NCBI GenBank assembly: GCA_019894975.1
Contig: JAGXNO010000032.1
Coordinates: 1-45,162, forward strand
DNA: 45,162 bases
From: Promethearchaeota archaeon
GTDB taxonomy: Archaea; Asgardarchaeota; Lokiarchaeia; Sigyniarchaeales; SOKP01
Direction of reading: 5' to 3'
The notes under the pieces: model-generated
The model's input: the letters and a program-made list of their open reading frames with translations, nothing else
Database searches by the model: none
Told to the model about the DNA's origin: nothing
Made by a program: the position numbers and the translations under genes
Part shown: one piece after another, positions 1 through 9,960 of the stretch
Layout of the letters: each line of letters begins with the position of its first letter
Numbering within the stretch: the first letter of the stretch is position 1

Positions 1-531
1 GTTTAATGGGACAAAAGGTACTCCCATAATCCCATATGGGCTAAATGCAAGGGATAAATTATATGTCTGTCGTAAAAAACTTGATGTATCATTCACAATA
101 TACCAAATACTGTTAAATAATGAATTATAATCTGAATCATGAGGTAATTCCCATCCAAATTGAGCATAAACAGGAATTGATGTCATTGATGTGTTATCAA
201 CGGGAGATAGGATGGATCCAGTTAATTCTGGGCCCATGGCTGTTATACTAAAAGGCCAATACGCTTGAGGTGGACCATGTTGCCAAGGAAGCCACTCAAA
301 ATAAACATTGATTAAAGCTAACGATCCTAATGGCCAGAGATTCTCTAATGTTTCTGCAAAATTACTCATAATAAACACCCCAAAATTAGCCTTATATATA
401 CTGAGTCTCCATAGATATTTATTCCCATCTTGAACCCCAACATAAGACTCTTGAGCTGGAGAGAATTTAACAGAGGGAAGAAAAAGGAGCAAGCCAATTA
501 GAAGAAAGCTTAACTTTTTAGTTTTTTTCAA
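1..531 (-). CDS. Secreted/surface protein, partial (runs off window start)
   Basis: Not in the ORF track. Hand translation from TTG at 531 gives MKKTKKLSFLLIGLLLFLPSVKFSPAQESYVGVQDGNKYLWRLSIY...GIMGVPFVPLN, open to position 1. Basic N-terminus plus hydrophobic stretch and SPA suggest a signal peptide. Confidence 0.75.
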   Translation of the reverse strand, partial: MKKTKKLSFLLIGLLLFLPSVKFSPAQESYVGVQDGNKYLWRLSIYKANFGVFIMSNFAETLENLWPLGSLALINVYFEWLPWQHGPPQAYWPFSITAMGPELTGSILSPVDNTSMTSIPVYAQFGWELPHDSDYNSLFNSIWYIVNDTSSFLRQTYNLSLAFSPYGIMGVPFVPLN

Positions 532-713
532 TTCCTGCTAACCTTATATTTATTAATTACATTATGAGTAAATTTTACTCATTATATTCACTTTCATTAT
601 TTAGACTATTTAAACTTTTCAAATCAACTTGATTACGAACGTAAATATCATAGATAATTGATAGGAAAAGATTTTTAACTTGTTTAAATTTAATTATAAT
701 TTTTTAAACGTTA

Positions 714-2054
714 CTATCCCATTGCATTTTCGACTTCAGTAAAGGCAAGATCAAGAATTTCACAGGCTTTTTCAGTTTGTTCATGAGTTAATTCAAGCGG
801 TGGTTGTATCCTTATAACGTTACCATCAATACCACCTTTACCTATTAGGAGTCCATTTTGTCGGCATATTTCCATTACTTTTAACATTTCTTGAGTAGCC
901 GGTTCCTTCGAATCTCTATCACGAACAAGCTCAATCCCTAACATCATTCCTTGTCCACGTATCTCTCCAACTATATCATGTTTCGCTATTAGTGGCTGTA
1001 GAAGTGTTTTAAACTTCTCACCGAGAGTAGTAGCTTTTTTAAGATATTGTTCTTCCTGGATAATTTCAATAACCGCCACCGCTGCAGCACAAGATAAAGG
1101 GTTACCTCCAAATGTGGTGAAAGAATCAGTAGTAGTATATTCTGCAGCATATTCTGGGCGAGTTAAAAACCCTGCAATAGGAATTCCACTCCCAAAGCCT
1201 TTAGCAATAGTAATAATGTCAGGATTTACTTTAGCATTTTGAATACCCCACCAATGATCACCAGTGCGTCCAAATCCAGTTTGCACTTCATCTGCAATGT
1301 AAATACCATCATATTCTTTCACAATTTCATAGGTAATCTGAAAAAATTCTGGAGGGGGTTGAATGATACCTCCAACTCCTTGGATCGGTTCGACAATAAA
1401 TGCGGCGATAGCGTTATTTGTTTGAGTTCTAATTACTTCACGTAAATAGCGAGCACACTCAGTATCACAGTCGGGATATATTTTTCCAAAAGAACATCGA
1501 TAACAATACCCATATGGTGTAAATCGAATACCAGGTGGGTGAGATTCTGGTATAGTACGCCAACCAGCACTAGAGATCTCTCGTGTTAACTGTGTCCGTC
1601 CATGATAAGCATGGGTACAGGCCACAATATAAGGATTTTTTTTATATTTTCGTGCCATGAACAGTGCGGATTCATTAGCTTCAGATCCACTATTTACAAT
1701 AAAAGTCTGGGTTAAACCAAAAGGAGCAATTTGAGCAAGTTTTTGTGATAATACGGCATATGGAACTGTTGAATACAGACTACTGGTATATATCAGCTGG
1801 TCTATCTGCCATTTAAGTGTTGCAATGAACTTTGGATGATGATGACCTGTAATCTTTGTGCATATACCTGAAAATAGGTCAATATATTGCTTCCCATTAT
1901 TGTCGTTTACCACGGCACCATCACCTCCTACAATAAGGATAGGATTTTGATAATAATGAGTAACTGCAGGAATCATATGTTTTTGTTCGATGGAGAGAAT
2001 CTCCTCGTTGGTATATACTTTGCGAAGATCCTTAGGAACTAGGTTTTCATTCAT
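714..2054 (-). CDS. Class III PLP aminotransferase (AGXT2 / beta-alanine / 4-aminobutyrate aminotransferase-like)
   Basis: NSGSEANE, YHGRT, IVEPIQGVGG, IADEVQTGFGRTG, PDIITIAKG (PLP lysine), TFGGNP; GGTGG SD upstream. Confidence 0.92.
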   Translation of the reverse strand: MNENLVPKDLRKVYTNEEILSIEQKHMIPAVTHYYQNPILIVGGDGAVVNDNNGKQYIDLFSGICTKITGHHHPKFIATLKWQIDQLIYTSSLYSTVPYAVLSQKLAQIAPFGLTQTFIVNSGSEANESALFMARKYKKNPYIVACTHAYHGRTQLTREISSAGWRTIPESHPPGIRFTPYGYCYRCSFGKIYPDCDTECARYLREVIRTQTNNAIAAFIVEPIQGVGGIIQPPPEFFQITYEIVKEYDGIYIADEVQTGFGRTGDHWWGIQNAKVNPDIITIAKGFGSGIPIAGFLTRPEYAAEYTTTDSFTTFGGNPLSCAAAVAVIEIIQEEQYLKKATTLGEKFKTLLQPLIAKHDIVGEIRGQGMMLGIELVRDRDSKEPATQEMLKVMEICRQNGLLIGKGGIDGNVIRIQPPLELTHEQTEKACEILDLAFTEVENAMG

Positions 2055-2072
2055 TTAATCCACCTGAAAATT

Positions 2073-2193
2073 ATGTTAATTAACATTATATTAACAAAAT
2101 TAAATGTAGTTCTAACTTTAATTATTGTTACTGATTTAATATAATAAAAATTATAAAAGTATTATTTAACTAATTCAAAATATTTAACTAATT
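2073..2193. promoter_or_regulatory. Divergent promoter region with palindrome ATGTTAATTAACAT (2073-2086) and direct repeat TATTTAACTAATT (2163-2175, 2181-2193)
   Basis: Motifs read directly. The region is extremely AT-rich, so significance is uncertain. Confidence 0.35.
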
Positions 2194-2196
2194 AAC

Positions 2197-3675
2197 ATGA
2201 AAGTCTTAAAGAACTATATTAATGGAAAATTCGTTGACTCAAAAAGCGAACGATTCATAGAGTTCATGAATCCTGCTTTAGATGAACCCCTCGGAAAAAC
2301 CCCAATGTCAACTAGAGAAGAGGTGGAATCAGTCGTTAAAGCAGCTCGCGATGCTTATTTCGAATGGAGAAAAGTACCGGGAGTTCAAAGAATCCAACCT
2401 CTTTTTCGGTTATTAAACCTAATTAAAGAAAATATTGATGATATCGCAGAATCTATAGTTATAAACCATGGAAAAGAATGGAATGCAGCAGTGGGAGAGG
2501 TAATTCGAGCTTATCAAATGATTGAAGCCTCATTTACCGTACCGGAATATCAAAAAGGGCAGTACATGCCCAATATTGCTACTGGGATTGATGAATATTC
2601 AATTCTTGAACCCTTAGGCGTTTTTATTATGATCCCCCCATTTAATTTTCCGGCTATGATCCCCTTCTGGTTTTGGCCATTTGCAGTAGCCACAGGGAAT
2701 ACTTACATCATAAAATCAAATGAACAAACCCCTTTAGCATTTCAACATATTTTTAAATACATTGATGAGGCAGGTTTTCCTCCCGGGGTTATCAATTTTA
2801 TACATGGTGATGTAGAAATAGCGAATCAACTCATTGAACATCCTGATGTTGTAGGTGTGTCTAGTGTAGGATCAACTCCCGTAGCTCAAGCTATTTATAA
2901 AAAAGCAAGCAGTTTTTGCAAGCGTGCACAATGTCATGGTGGAGCTAATAACTTTCTGGTTATTACCGAAAAGGCTAATGTTGAACAAATTATGACCAAC
3001 TTGTTGAATTCACTTTTTGGCAACTCTGGACAACGATGTTTATCCGGTGCGGTAGTTATGATAGTAGGAAAGCAATCCTTTTATGAGCAATTTAAGGAAA
3101 AGCTTTTAAATGCTACGAAAGCACTGAAAATTGGTTATGGTATGGATAAACAAACGTTTATGGGACCTGTTATATCAAAGAAATCCCTTAATAACCTTCA
3201 CTCACAAATTCAAAACGGTATTGATGAGGGTGCAAAGCTTATACTAGACGGGAGAGGAATTAAGGTTAAGGAGTATGAAAAAGGTTATTTTTTAGGACCT
3301 TGTCTATTTGAAAATGCTAAACCTGGAATGACAATATATGATGAAGAAGTATTTGGTCCAGTTGCATGTCTTGATCGTGTAGATAATTTAGAAGAAGCAA
3401 TAAAGATAATCAATCAAAACCCAAAGGGAAATGCTGTAACTATATATACTGAAAGTGGTGAGGAAGCTCGATTTTTTCGAGATGAAATCTATAATATACA
3501 ACTTGGAATAAATATTGGTGTGGTCGCACCTCTTGCTTGGTTCCCCTTTGCTGGAGCAAGGAACTCGTTTTTTGGTACGCTACGAGCACAAGGGTATGAG
3601 TCGGTAAAGTTTTTTACCCAAGAACGTGTAATAATTGAGAAATTCCATGGAAGTACAAAAATTGAATGGGATTAG
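2197..3675 (+). CDS. mmsA: CoA-acylating methylmalonate/malonate-semialdehyde dehydrogenase
   Basis: ALDH fold with MMSDH hallmarks: PFNFPAMIPFW, VGSTPVA, GNSGQRCLS (catalytic Cys), EEVFGPV, GINIGVVAPLAWFPFAG..SFFG. Confidence 0.88.
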   Translation: MKVLKNYINGKFVDSKSERFIEFMNPALDEPLGKTPMSTREEVESVVKAARDAYFEWRKVPGVQRIQPLFRLLNLIKENIDDIAESIVINHGKEWNAAVGEVIRAYQMIEASFTVPEYQKGQYMPNIATGIDEYSILEPLGVFIMIPPFNFPAMIPFWFWPFAVATGNTYIIKSNEQTPLAFQHIFKYIDEAGFPPGVINFIHGDVEIANQLIEHPDVVGVSSVGSTPVAQAIYKKASSFCKRAQCHGGANNFLVITEKANVEQIMTNLLNSLFGNSGQRCLSGAVVMIVGKQSFYEQFKEKLLNATKALKIGYGMDKQTFMGPVISKKSLNNLHSQIQNGIDEGAKLILDGRGIKVKEYEKGYFLGPCLFENAKPGMTIYDEEVFGPVACLDRVDNLEEAIKIINQNPKGNAVTIYTESGEEARFFRDEIYNIQLGINIGVVAPLAWFPFAGARNSFFGTLRAQGYESVKFFTQERVIIEKFHGSTKIEWD

Positions 3676-3749
3676 AATAGGAAAACTATTTTAAAAATAA
3701 ATTATGATACAGTAATTAAAATAAACAAACAAAATGAGGATTAAAAAGT

Positions 3750-5027
3750 ATGTTATATGAAACTGCTTTCACAATGGATACCTCCAGTATCAAATACGGT
3801 CCTGGTGTGACTAAGGAGGTAGGATATGATATGAAAAAGCTTGGAGCAAAACGAGTTATGGTAGTTACAGACCCAAACTTAACTAATAGTGAAGCTGTAA
3901 CTGTCACTCTTAAAGCTTTACAAGAAGAAAATATTGAGAACGTCTTGTTTGATAAAGTGAGAGTTGAACCAACTGATAATTCCTTTAAAGAAGCTATTAA
4001 ATTTGCTATCGATGGTAAATTTGATGGATTTATTGGCGTTGGAGGAGGTTCGAGTATGGATACTGCTAAAATAGCGAATTTGTTTTCAACTTATCCTGCA
4101 GATTTTTTAGATTATGTTAATAAACCGATTGGTAAAGGAATTCCTGTACCAGGTGCTATAAAACCGATGATTGCAATTCCAACAACTGCAGGAACTGGAA
4201 GCGAAACAACAGGAGTCGCAATATTTGATTTAGAGGCAATGCATGCAAAAACCGGCATTGCACACCGAGTATTACGTCCAATAATAGGTATTGTTGATCC
4301 TAACAACACTCGAACCGTACCGAAAATTGCAACTGCTTCATGTGGTTTCGATGTGCTTTGTCACGCTTTGGAATCAATTACAGCTGTTCCTTTTAGCAGT
4401 CGTCCAGCACCCGAAAGCCTTGATTTACGTCCTTCTTACCAAGGTGCTAACCCAATCAGTCATCTTTGGGCTTCTAAAGCAGTAGAAATGGTTTGTAAAA
4501 ATATTGTGCGTGTTGTTCAAGATCCATCAGATGACAAAGCTCGATCAGAGATGATACTTGCATCTACATTCGCAGGTATTGGTTTTGGTAATGCTGGGGT
4601 TCATTTAGCTCATGGTATGTCATATCCTATTTCAGGCATGGTTAAAGAATACCTTCCTGAAGGGTTCAAATCGGATTACCCAATAATCCCACATGGTATG
4701 TGCGTTGTGCTTGCTTCCCCTGCTGTATTCCGTTTCACTGCGAGAACGAACCCAAAATTACATTTAGAAGCCGCGCAATTAATGGGTGTTGATATATCAA
4801 ACTTAAAAGAAAGTGATGCAGGAGATATTCTTGCATCTGAAATAATTAAACTGATGAAAGCTACGGGGATGCCAAATGGTTTGGAAGTAGTTGGTTATGG
4901 ACCAAGTGATATCGAAGAACTTGTACAGGGTACCTTACCACAACATCGTGTAACCAAATTATCTCCGAGACCAGCTAGCGCTGAAGATCTAAGGCAGTTG
5001 TTCACTGAATCAATGACTTTGTGGTAA
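3750..5027 (+). CDS. Hydroxyacid-oxoacid transhydrogenase (ADHFE1/HOT family iron-ADH)
   Basis: ETAFTMDTSSIKYGPGVTKEVG, GGGSSMDTAK, PTTAGTGSETTGVAIFD, RPSYQGANPISH, GNAGVHLAHGMSYPISG, PHG, LPQHRVTKLSPR. Confidence 0.9.
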   Translation: MLYETAFTMDTSSIKYGPGVTKEVGYDMKKLGAKRVMVVTDPNLTNSEAVTVTLKALQEENIENVLFDKVRVEPTDNSFKEAIKFAIDGKFDGFIGVGGGSSMDTAKIANLFSTYPADFLDYVNKPIGKGIPVPGAIKPMIAIPTTAGTGSETTGVAIFDLEAMHAKTGIAHRVLRPIIGIVDPNNTRTVPKIATASCGFDVLCHALESITAVPFSSRPAPESLDLRPSYQGANPISHLWASKAVEMVCKNIVRVVQDPSDDKARSEMILASTFAGIGFGNAGVHLAHGMSYPISGMVKEYLPEGFKSDYPIIPHGMCVVLASPAVFRFTARTNPKLHLEAAQLMGVDISNLKESDAGDILASEIIKLMKATGMPNGLEVVGYGPSDIEELVQGTLPQHRVTKLSPRPASAEDLRQLFTESMTLW

Positions 5028-5076
5028 AGGTGTTTTTTAGAATAAGAACCTCTGAATGAATTAATCATTAAAAATA

Positions 5077-5700
5077 TTAAGAAACCTTCTTTTTTCTTTC
5101 CTCTACATATTTGTCCCATGTACTTATTTTTTTTGTCCATTCATTATATGTTTCTTTCCTTTCAGGTCCTCTTGACAACTGATCTAAAAATACCTTTACA
5201 TCTTTTAATTTCCCACTAATTATATTTACAGCAACAGGACGAGTAAAAACAGGTTCTTCAAAATTTGGACCTGTCCATTGGTGAGCTTCATGAATGAGTC
5301 TATCAATTAGGATCATTTTATCTTCTGGTGTTCTCGCTTTCGGTAATTTGGCTACAAAATTTTTAAAAGCTCCTAAAGCACCCCCCCCATGAAGTTGTTT
5401 TTTTTGATAACTCTTCAAATAGGTACCCCAGGTTGTCTCCCATGAGCATTTATTGCAACTAAGTACTTCATCTTTATTCCAATTATGGTGTATGATGTTT
5501 TCGCATTTAATACATTTCACCTTACCTAAACTCGCGTCTGTGACCGTGATAATATCTTGACATCTCATAAAAAAACTAAATGCAATATCATCAATCAATT
5601 CATCATCGACTATCCCCTTTGCATCTTGTTCATATAATTTACGGATTTTTTGTTGGGATACTCTGGGGGACCATCTGATTAGTTCTCTATCTGAATTCAT
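5077..5700 (-). CDS. Hypothetical protein with two CxxC pairs (possible Zn ribbon)
   Basis: 207-aa ORF with CIKC...CNKC, 33 nt downstream of the SDR gene. Confidence 0.7.
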   Translation of the reverse strand: MNSDRELIRWSPRVSQQKIRKLYEQDAKGIVDDELIDDIAFSFFMRCQDIITVTDASLGKVKCIKCENIIHHNWNKDEVLSCNKCSWETTWGTYLKSYQKKQLHGGGALGAFKNFVAKLPKARTPEDKMILIDRLIHEAHQWTGPNFEEPVFTRPVAVNIISGKLKDVKVFLDQLSRGPERKETYNEWTKKISTWDKYVEERKKKVS

Positions 5701-5733
5701 TTTCTAAAAAATTTTGAATAATTTTAGATTAAT

Positions 5734-6534
5734 TTATCCTATTTTTGATGCTTGACCTCCATCTACAGGAAGTATAACGGAAGTAATAAATTTTGCCTCA
5801 TCAGATGCCAAGAAAAGTGCCGCATAAGCTGTATCCCATGCATCACCCATTCCCCCTTTTAAAGGAACCATTTTATTCCTTTGTTTTATTAAATCCTCTT
5901 TATTCATCACTCTTGCTTTTGATATTCCTTCAATAGCCATAGGAGTATTCATTAAGCCTGGCATTATTGCATTTACACGAATACCATTTTTAGCATACTT
6001 CATAGCAAGCTGATGGGTTAGAGAATTAACTCCTGACTTTGAAATTTTATAAGCTACATATCTAACAGCACTAATAGCTGCAACCGAAGAGATATTTATT
6101 ATTGATCCACTTTCCTGTTTCTCCATTACGGGTAAGACATATTTACAAGTAAAAAACATTCCCTTTAGGTTTACATCGAAAATATTATCCCAAACCTCTT
6201 CCTTCAAATCAACTAACTTCCTATCTCCGGTGGCTATCCCTACATTATTTACAAGGATGTCGATCCTACCATAAACATCAACACATTTTTTTGCGATTCT
6301 CTCACAATCATTTTCTTTAGTGATATTAGCTTCAAAAACAAAGGATTCTCCACCTTCTTTATCGATCATAGATTTTGTTTCTAAGGCTGAATCAAGATTT
6401 TTATCAACCAACATTACTTTTGCGCCTTCACGGGCAAAAAGGAGTGACATTGCTCTTCCATTTCCTATATTTTCTCCAGGATGTTGACCTGCTCCAATAA
6501 TTATGGCTATTTTTTCCTCTAATCGTTTACTCAT
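5734..6534 (-). CDS. Short-chain dehydrogenase/reductase (SDR)
   Basis: Rossmann GA...IGNG, DILVNNVG, NISS, YKISK (YxxxK), IRVNAIMPG, LPVDGG; AGGAG SD. Confidence 0.93.
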   Translation of the reverse strand: MSKRLEEKIAIIIGAGQHPGENIGNGRAMSLLFAREGAKVMLVDKNLDSALETKSMIDKEGGESFVFEANITKENDCERIAKKCVDVYGRIDILVNNVGIATGDRKLVDLKEEVWDNIFDVNLKGMFFTCKYVLPVMEKQESGSIINISSVAAISAVRYVAYKISKSGVNSLTHQLAMKYAKNGIRVNAIMPGLMNTPMAIEGISKARVMNKEDLIKQRNKMVPLKGGMGDAWDTAYAALFLASDEAKFITSVILPVDGGQASKIG

Positions 6535-6633
6535 AATATTTCTCCTTTTTTTGAGGATTTGTAGAATTTACAAAATATGAAACCAAGGTAATAGATAAAA
6601 ATTTCCCTTTTTTATACCAATTATCTTGAAAAA

Positions 6634-8670
6634 TTAACCGATATATTCAAAATTCCCTTGTAATCGAATATCTCTTGAAGAACTCCCTATTAAAACGTTG
6701 AATTCTCCTTTCTCTGCAATCCAATTTTGGAGATTTTCATTGTAATAAGAAAGGTCATCTTTTGATAGATCGAAACTAACAGTCGATTTTTCATTTGGTT
6801 TAAGATTAATCTTTTTAAAACCTTTTAATTCTTTAAGAGGTCTCTCTACGCTTGATTTGACATCTTGTATATATAATTGGACGACCTCAGCGCCTTCATA
6901 GTCGCCAGAATTAAGTACATTAAGAGAAATGGTGAGAGATTCATCTCCTGAGATTTTTTTGTTAGAAAATTTAAGATTCTCATAGGTAAAATTAGTATAG
7001 GATAAACCATGACCAAAAGGAAACAGTGGTTCAATTCCTTTTGTATCAAAATGCCGATATCCTACATAAATGCCTTCATCATAAAATACATTTTGATCAC
7101 CAGGGTATGTTCGTTCAGAAACGTGTGCTGGAGAATCTGAAAGTTTTTTAGGAAAAGTTATAGGTAGCTTACCTGAAGGATTTATATCCCCAAATATTAT
7201 CCCCGAAAGCGCATGTCCCGCTTCCATGCCTGCATACCATAATTGTATTACAGCAGGTACCTTTTCAATCCATTCATGCATAGATACAGGTGTTCCAGTA
7301 AGAATTAATATAGTATTTGGATTTTCTTCAACAGTACTTGTAATTAGCTCTATTTGAGAAGTAGGCAATTTGAAAGCTTTTCTATCTTCTCCTTCAACAT
7401 CCATTCCTCGCTTATGTCTTAAACCTGCAATGATTAAGGTTACATCTGCTTCTGAAGGAGAGTCAACTATCTCAATTTTCCCATTACATTTCTCAGTTAA
7501 TCCCTCAAGAGGTTTAATTTCATAGGGAGGAAAATTTGTGGAGCTACCCCCTTCTAGATATGTTCTTTTATTTAACATTGGACCGAGTAAAGCGATCTTT
7601 TTCGTTTTTTCCATATTTAAGGGAAGGATGTTTTTTTCATTTTTTAATAACACCATACCTTCTTCAGCAATTCTACGAGCTAAGTTTTGATGATCAGAAG
7701 TATTTCTACTACCCTTTGGTAAAGTACTGTAATCATCAAAGAGTCCAACTAGAAGCATTACTCTTAGTAGTCGTTTTATATTATCATTAAGGATTTCTTC
7801 AGTGAATTTATTCTTATCCAATGCCTTCTCCAATATAGATGGGACATACTTATTTTCAGTTGGCATCTCAAGCGTTAAACCTGCATTCATTAAACTTTCT
7901 GTACTTGTACTAGTTCTTGTAGCACCCCAATCCGAAACTACAAACCCTCTAAATCCCCATTCATTCATCAGTACCTCTCTGAGAAGATGTTCATGCTCAG
8001 AACCATATGTTCCATTTACTTTATTATAACAACTCATTATTGACCATGCATCTGCTTCTTGGATAGCTGCTTTAAATGCGGGATAATATATCTCTTGTAA
8101 TGCTCTCTCGCTTACTTCTGAGTTCACGGTAAACCGGTTTGTTTCTTGATTATTACAGATGAAATGTTTTACACATGCAGCAATTCTCTGACTTTGAATA
8201 CCCTTTACAGTCTCAACTGTTAAAATCTTGTTTAAAAATGGATCTTCAGTTTGATATTCAAATGTTCGTCCACACATAGGAGTCCTTTGAATATTTATCC
8301 CAGGAGCAAGAAGCATGTGTGCTCCGACTTCCCGTATTTCTTCTGCTATTGCAACTCCGAATTTATGAGATAATTCGGGATTCCATGTAGCAGCTCTGCA
8401 TATCCCAGAAGGAAAATATGTACTTTGAATCTCTCCTTTGTTGTCGACTCGAACGCCATGAGGTCCATCATGCATGGCAAATGACTTAATACCTAGCCGT
8501 TCTATTGGCTTTGTATACCACCAACGTTTACCAGACATTAAACTAAATTTTTCATGTAGGGTTAATCGATTCAATAGATCCACTACTCGTTCCTCAATAT
8601 CAAGGTTACTATTCATAAAAGCTAATTTTAATAACTCATCTTTAGATTTTTCTTCACTCACTACAAACAT
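6634..8670 (-). CDS. Glycoside hydrolase family 3 beta-glucosidase with C-terminal Fn3 domain (cytoplasmic)
   Basis: DGPHGVR, APGINIQRTPMCGRTFEY, KHF, VVSDWG (nucleophile Asp), NPSGKLPITFP, PLFPFGHGLSYT, EVVQLY. Confidence 0.93.
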   Translation of the reverse strand: MFVVSEEKSKDELLKLAFMNSNLDIEERVVDLLNRLTLHEKFSLMSGKRWWYTKPIERLGIKSFAMHDGPHGVRVDNKGEIQSTYFPSGICRAATWNPELSHKFGVAIAEEIREVGAHMLLAPGINIQRTPMCGRTFEYQTEDPFLNKILTVETVKGIQSQRIAACVKHFICNNQETNRFTVNSEVSERALQEIYYPAFKAAIQEADAWSIMSCYNKVNGTYGSEHEHLLREVLMNEWGFRGFVVSDWGATRTSTSTESLMNAGLTLEMPTENKYVPSILEKALDKNKFTEEILNDNIKRLLRVMLLVGLFDDYSTLPKGSRNTSDHQNLARRIAEEGMVLLKNEKNILPLNMEKTKKIALLGPMLNKRTYLEGGSSTNFPPYEIKPLEGLTEKCNGKIEIVDSPSEADVTLIIAGLRHKRGMDVEGEDRKAFKLPTSQIELITSTVEENPNTILILTGTPVSMHEWIEKVPAVIQLWYAGMEAGHALSGIIFGDINPSGKLPITFPKKLSDSPAHVSERTYPGDQNVFYDEGIYVGYRHFDTKGIEPLFPFGHGLSYTNFTYENLKFSNKKISGDESLTISLNVLNSGDYEGAEVVQLYIQDVKSSVERPLKELKGFKKINLKPNEKSTVSFDLSKDDLSYYNENLQNWIAEKGEFNVLIGSSSRDIRLQGNFEYIG

Positions 8671-8775
8671 CCCCTTTTTTAGATAGAAAATATTATCTAA
8701 AAAATAAGAATTATGAAATTTGATATTAATTTAAAATCTAAGTTCGACAGTTTCCTTTCAAATTGGTGAATCTTT

Positions 8776-9936
8776 ATAAAAAAACAATATACTTTTTTAA
8801 TTCCCTTATTTTTTATATGCCTTGGACTGTTTTCTTATTACTTACCATATTTTTCCTCAGATAGAGTCCAAGTTCAAAATCTAAATATACAACTAAACTT
8901 TGATGGGGATTCTGCCTATGCTCACATTGAAGAGCAATTGGATATTGGGTTTCGTATACCAGGGACAGAAGAGAGAGTTAATTGTGCTAATTACTTTATC
9001 TCTCAATTTCAGAATATAGATATCAATTTTACATATGTTTTACATAATTTTACAGTTCAATCCATTGAATGTCAAAATGTTTTATTCAAATTGAATCAAA
9101 ATCATGAGAACATCATTATTTTAGGAGCACATTATGATTCACGGGCAAAAGCAACAAAGGATCCTAATCCTATAAATAGAAGTGATCCCGTACCAGGAGC
9201 CAATGATGCTGCCAGTGGATCTGCGGTTCTTATTGAATTAGCTCAAAAGCTTTATCAGAAAAGAGCAAATTTATCTTGTCAAGTATGGTTTTTATTTTTT
9301 GATGCAGAGGACCAAGGAGTAGATAGTGGTGGTTCAGGGATGATTGGTTGGGATTGGTGTGAAGGATCTGACAGATTTGTGACAGATATTAATAACTTTT
9401 ATAATGATAACAATGAAACTTTTGACTGTATGATTCTTTTAGATATGGTGGGTGGAGTAAATTTAAGATTTATTAATGAATTATATTCTACCTCTTCTTT
9501 ATTGGATGAATTATTTGCAATAGGTAGAGCATTGGGGTATACTAGTCAATTTCCTTCCAACCCTCAAGATAATCAAATAATTGATGATCATAGAGCGTTT
9601 CTTTATATTGGAATCCCCTCAGCAGATTTAATAATTAATTTTTGGGATAATCCAAATTGGCCATTTCACCATACTGTTACTGATAATATAACATATATAG
9701 ATAGTGATAGTCTACAAGCTACTGGCAGAACTGTAGAACAATTCATATACAATAACTATTGGAACATTCCGAGTAATCCATATAATGGTAATTACCCCTG
9801 GAGTGAGGATATTGATAAACAAAGTATAGAGATAATTACAATCTTAATATCTACAATAGTTATTATTGCTATTGCTATTTTAACATTTAATGTCATCAAA
9901 TATAATTCTACTACACGTATTTCGGAAGTAGAATAG
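8776..9936 (+). CDS. M28 family Zn peptidase / glutaminyl-cyclase-like, membrane-anchored at both ends; start uncertain
   Basis: GAHYDSR, GANDAASG, FFDAEDQG, LLDMVG, IIDDH, HHTVTD. The frame stays open 54 codons upstream of the track's TTG (8938), encoding IKKQYTFLIPLFFICLGLFSYY (TM/signal) and FDGDSAYAHIEEQL. C-terminal TM helix. Confidence 0.85.
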   Translation: MKKQYTFLIPLFFICLGLFSYYLPYFSSDRVQVQNLNIQLNFDGDSAYAHIEEQLDIGFRIPGTEERVNCANYFISQFQNIDINFTYVLHNFTVQSIECQNVLFKLNQNHENIIILGAHYDSRAKATKDPNPINRSDPVPGANDAASGSAVLIELAQKLYQKRANLSCQVWFLFFDAEDQGVDSGGSGMIGWDWCEGSDRFVTDINNFYNDNNETFDCMILLDMVGGVNLRFINELYSTSSLLDELFAIGRALGYTSQFPSNPQDNQIIDDHRAFLYIGIPSADLIINFWDNPNWPFHHTVTDNITYIDSDSLQATGRTVEQFIYNNYWNIPSNPYNGNYPWSEDIDKQSIEIITILISTIVIIAIAILTFNVIKYNSTTRISEVE

Positions 9937-9960
9937 TAGGATCATTACAAGAACATTAGA

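Noticed and set aside
8767-8769. In-frame TGA as selenocysteine
   Set aside because: It would fall in a non-catalytic leader before a TM helix. I could not identify a SECIS, and the TGA is part of a GGTGA SD-like motif.
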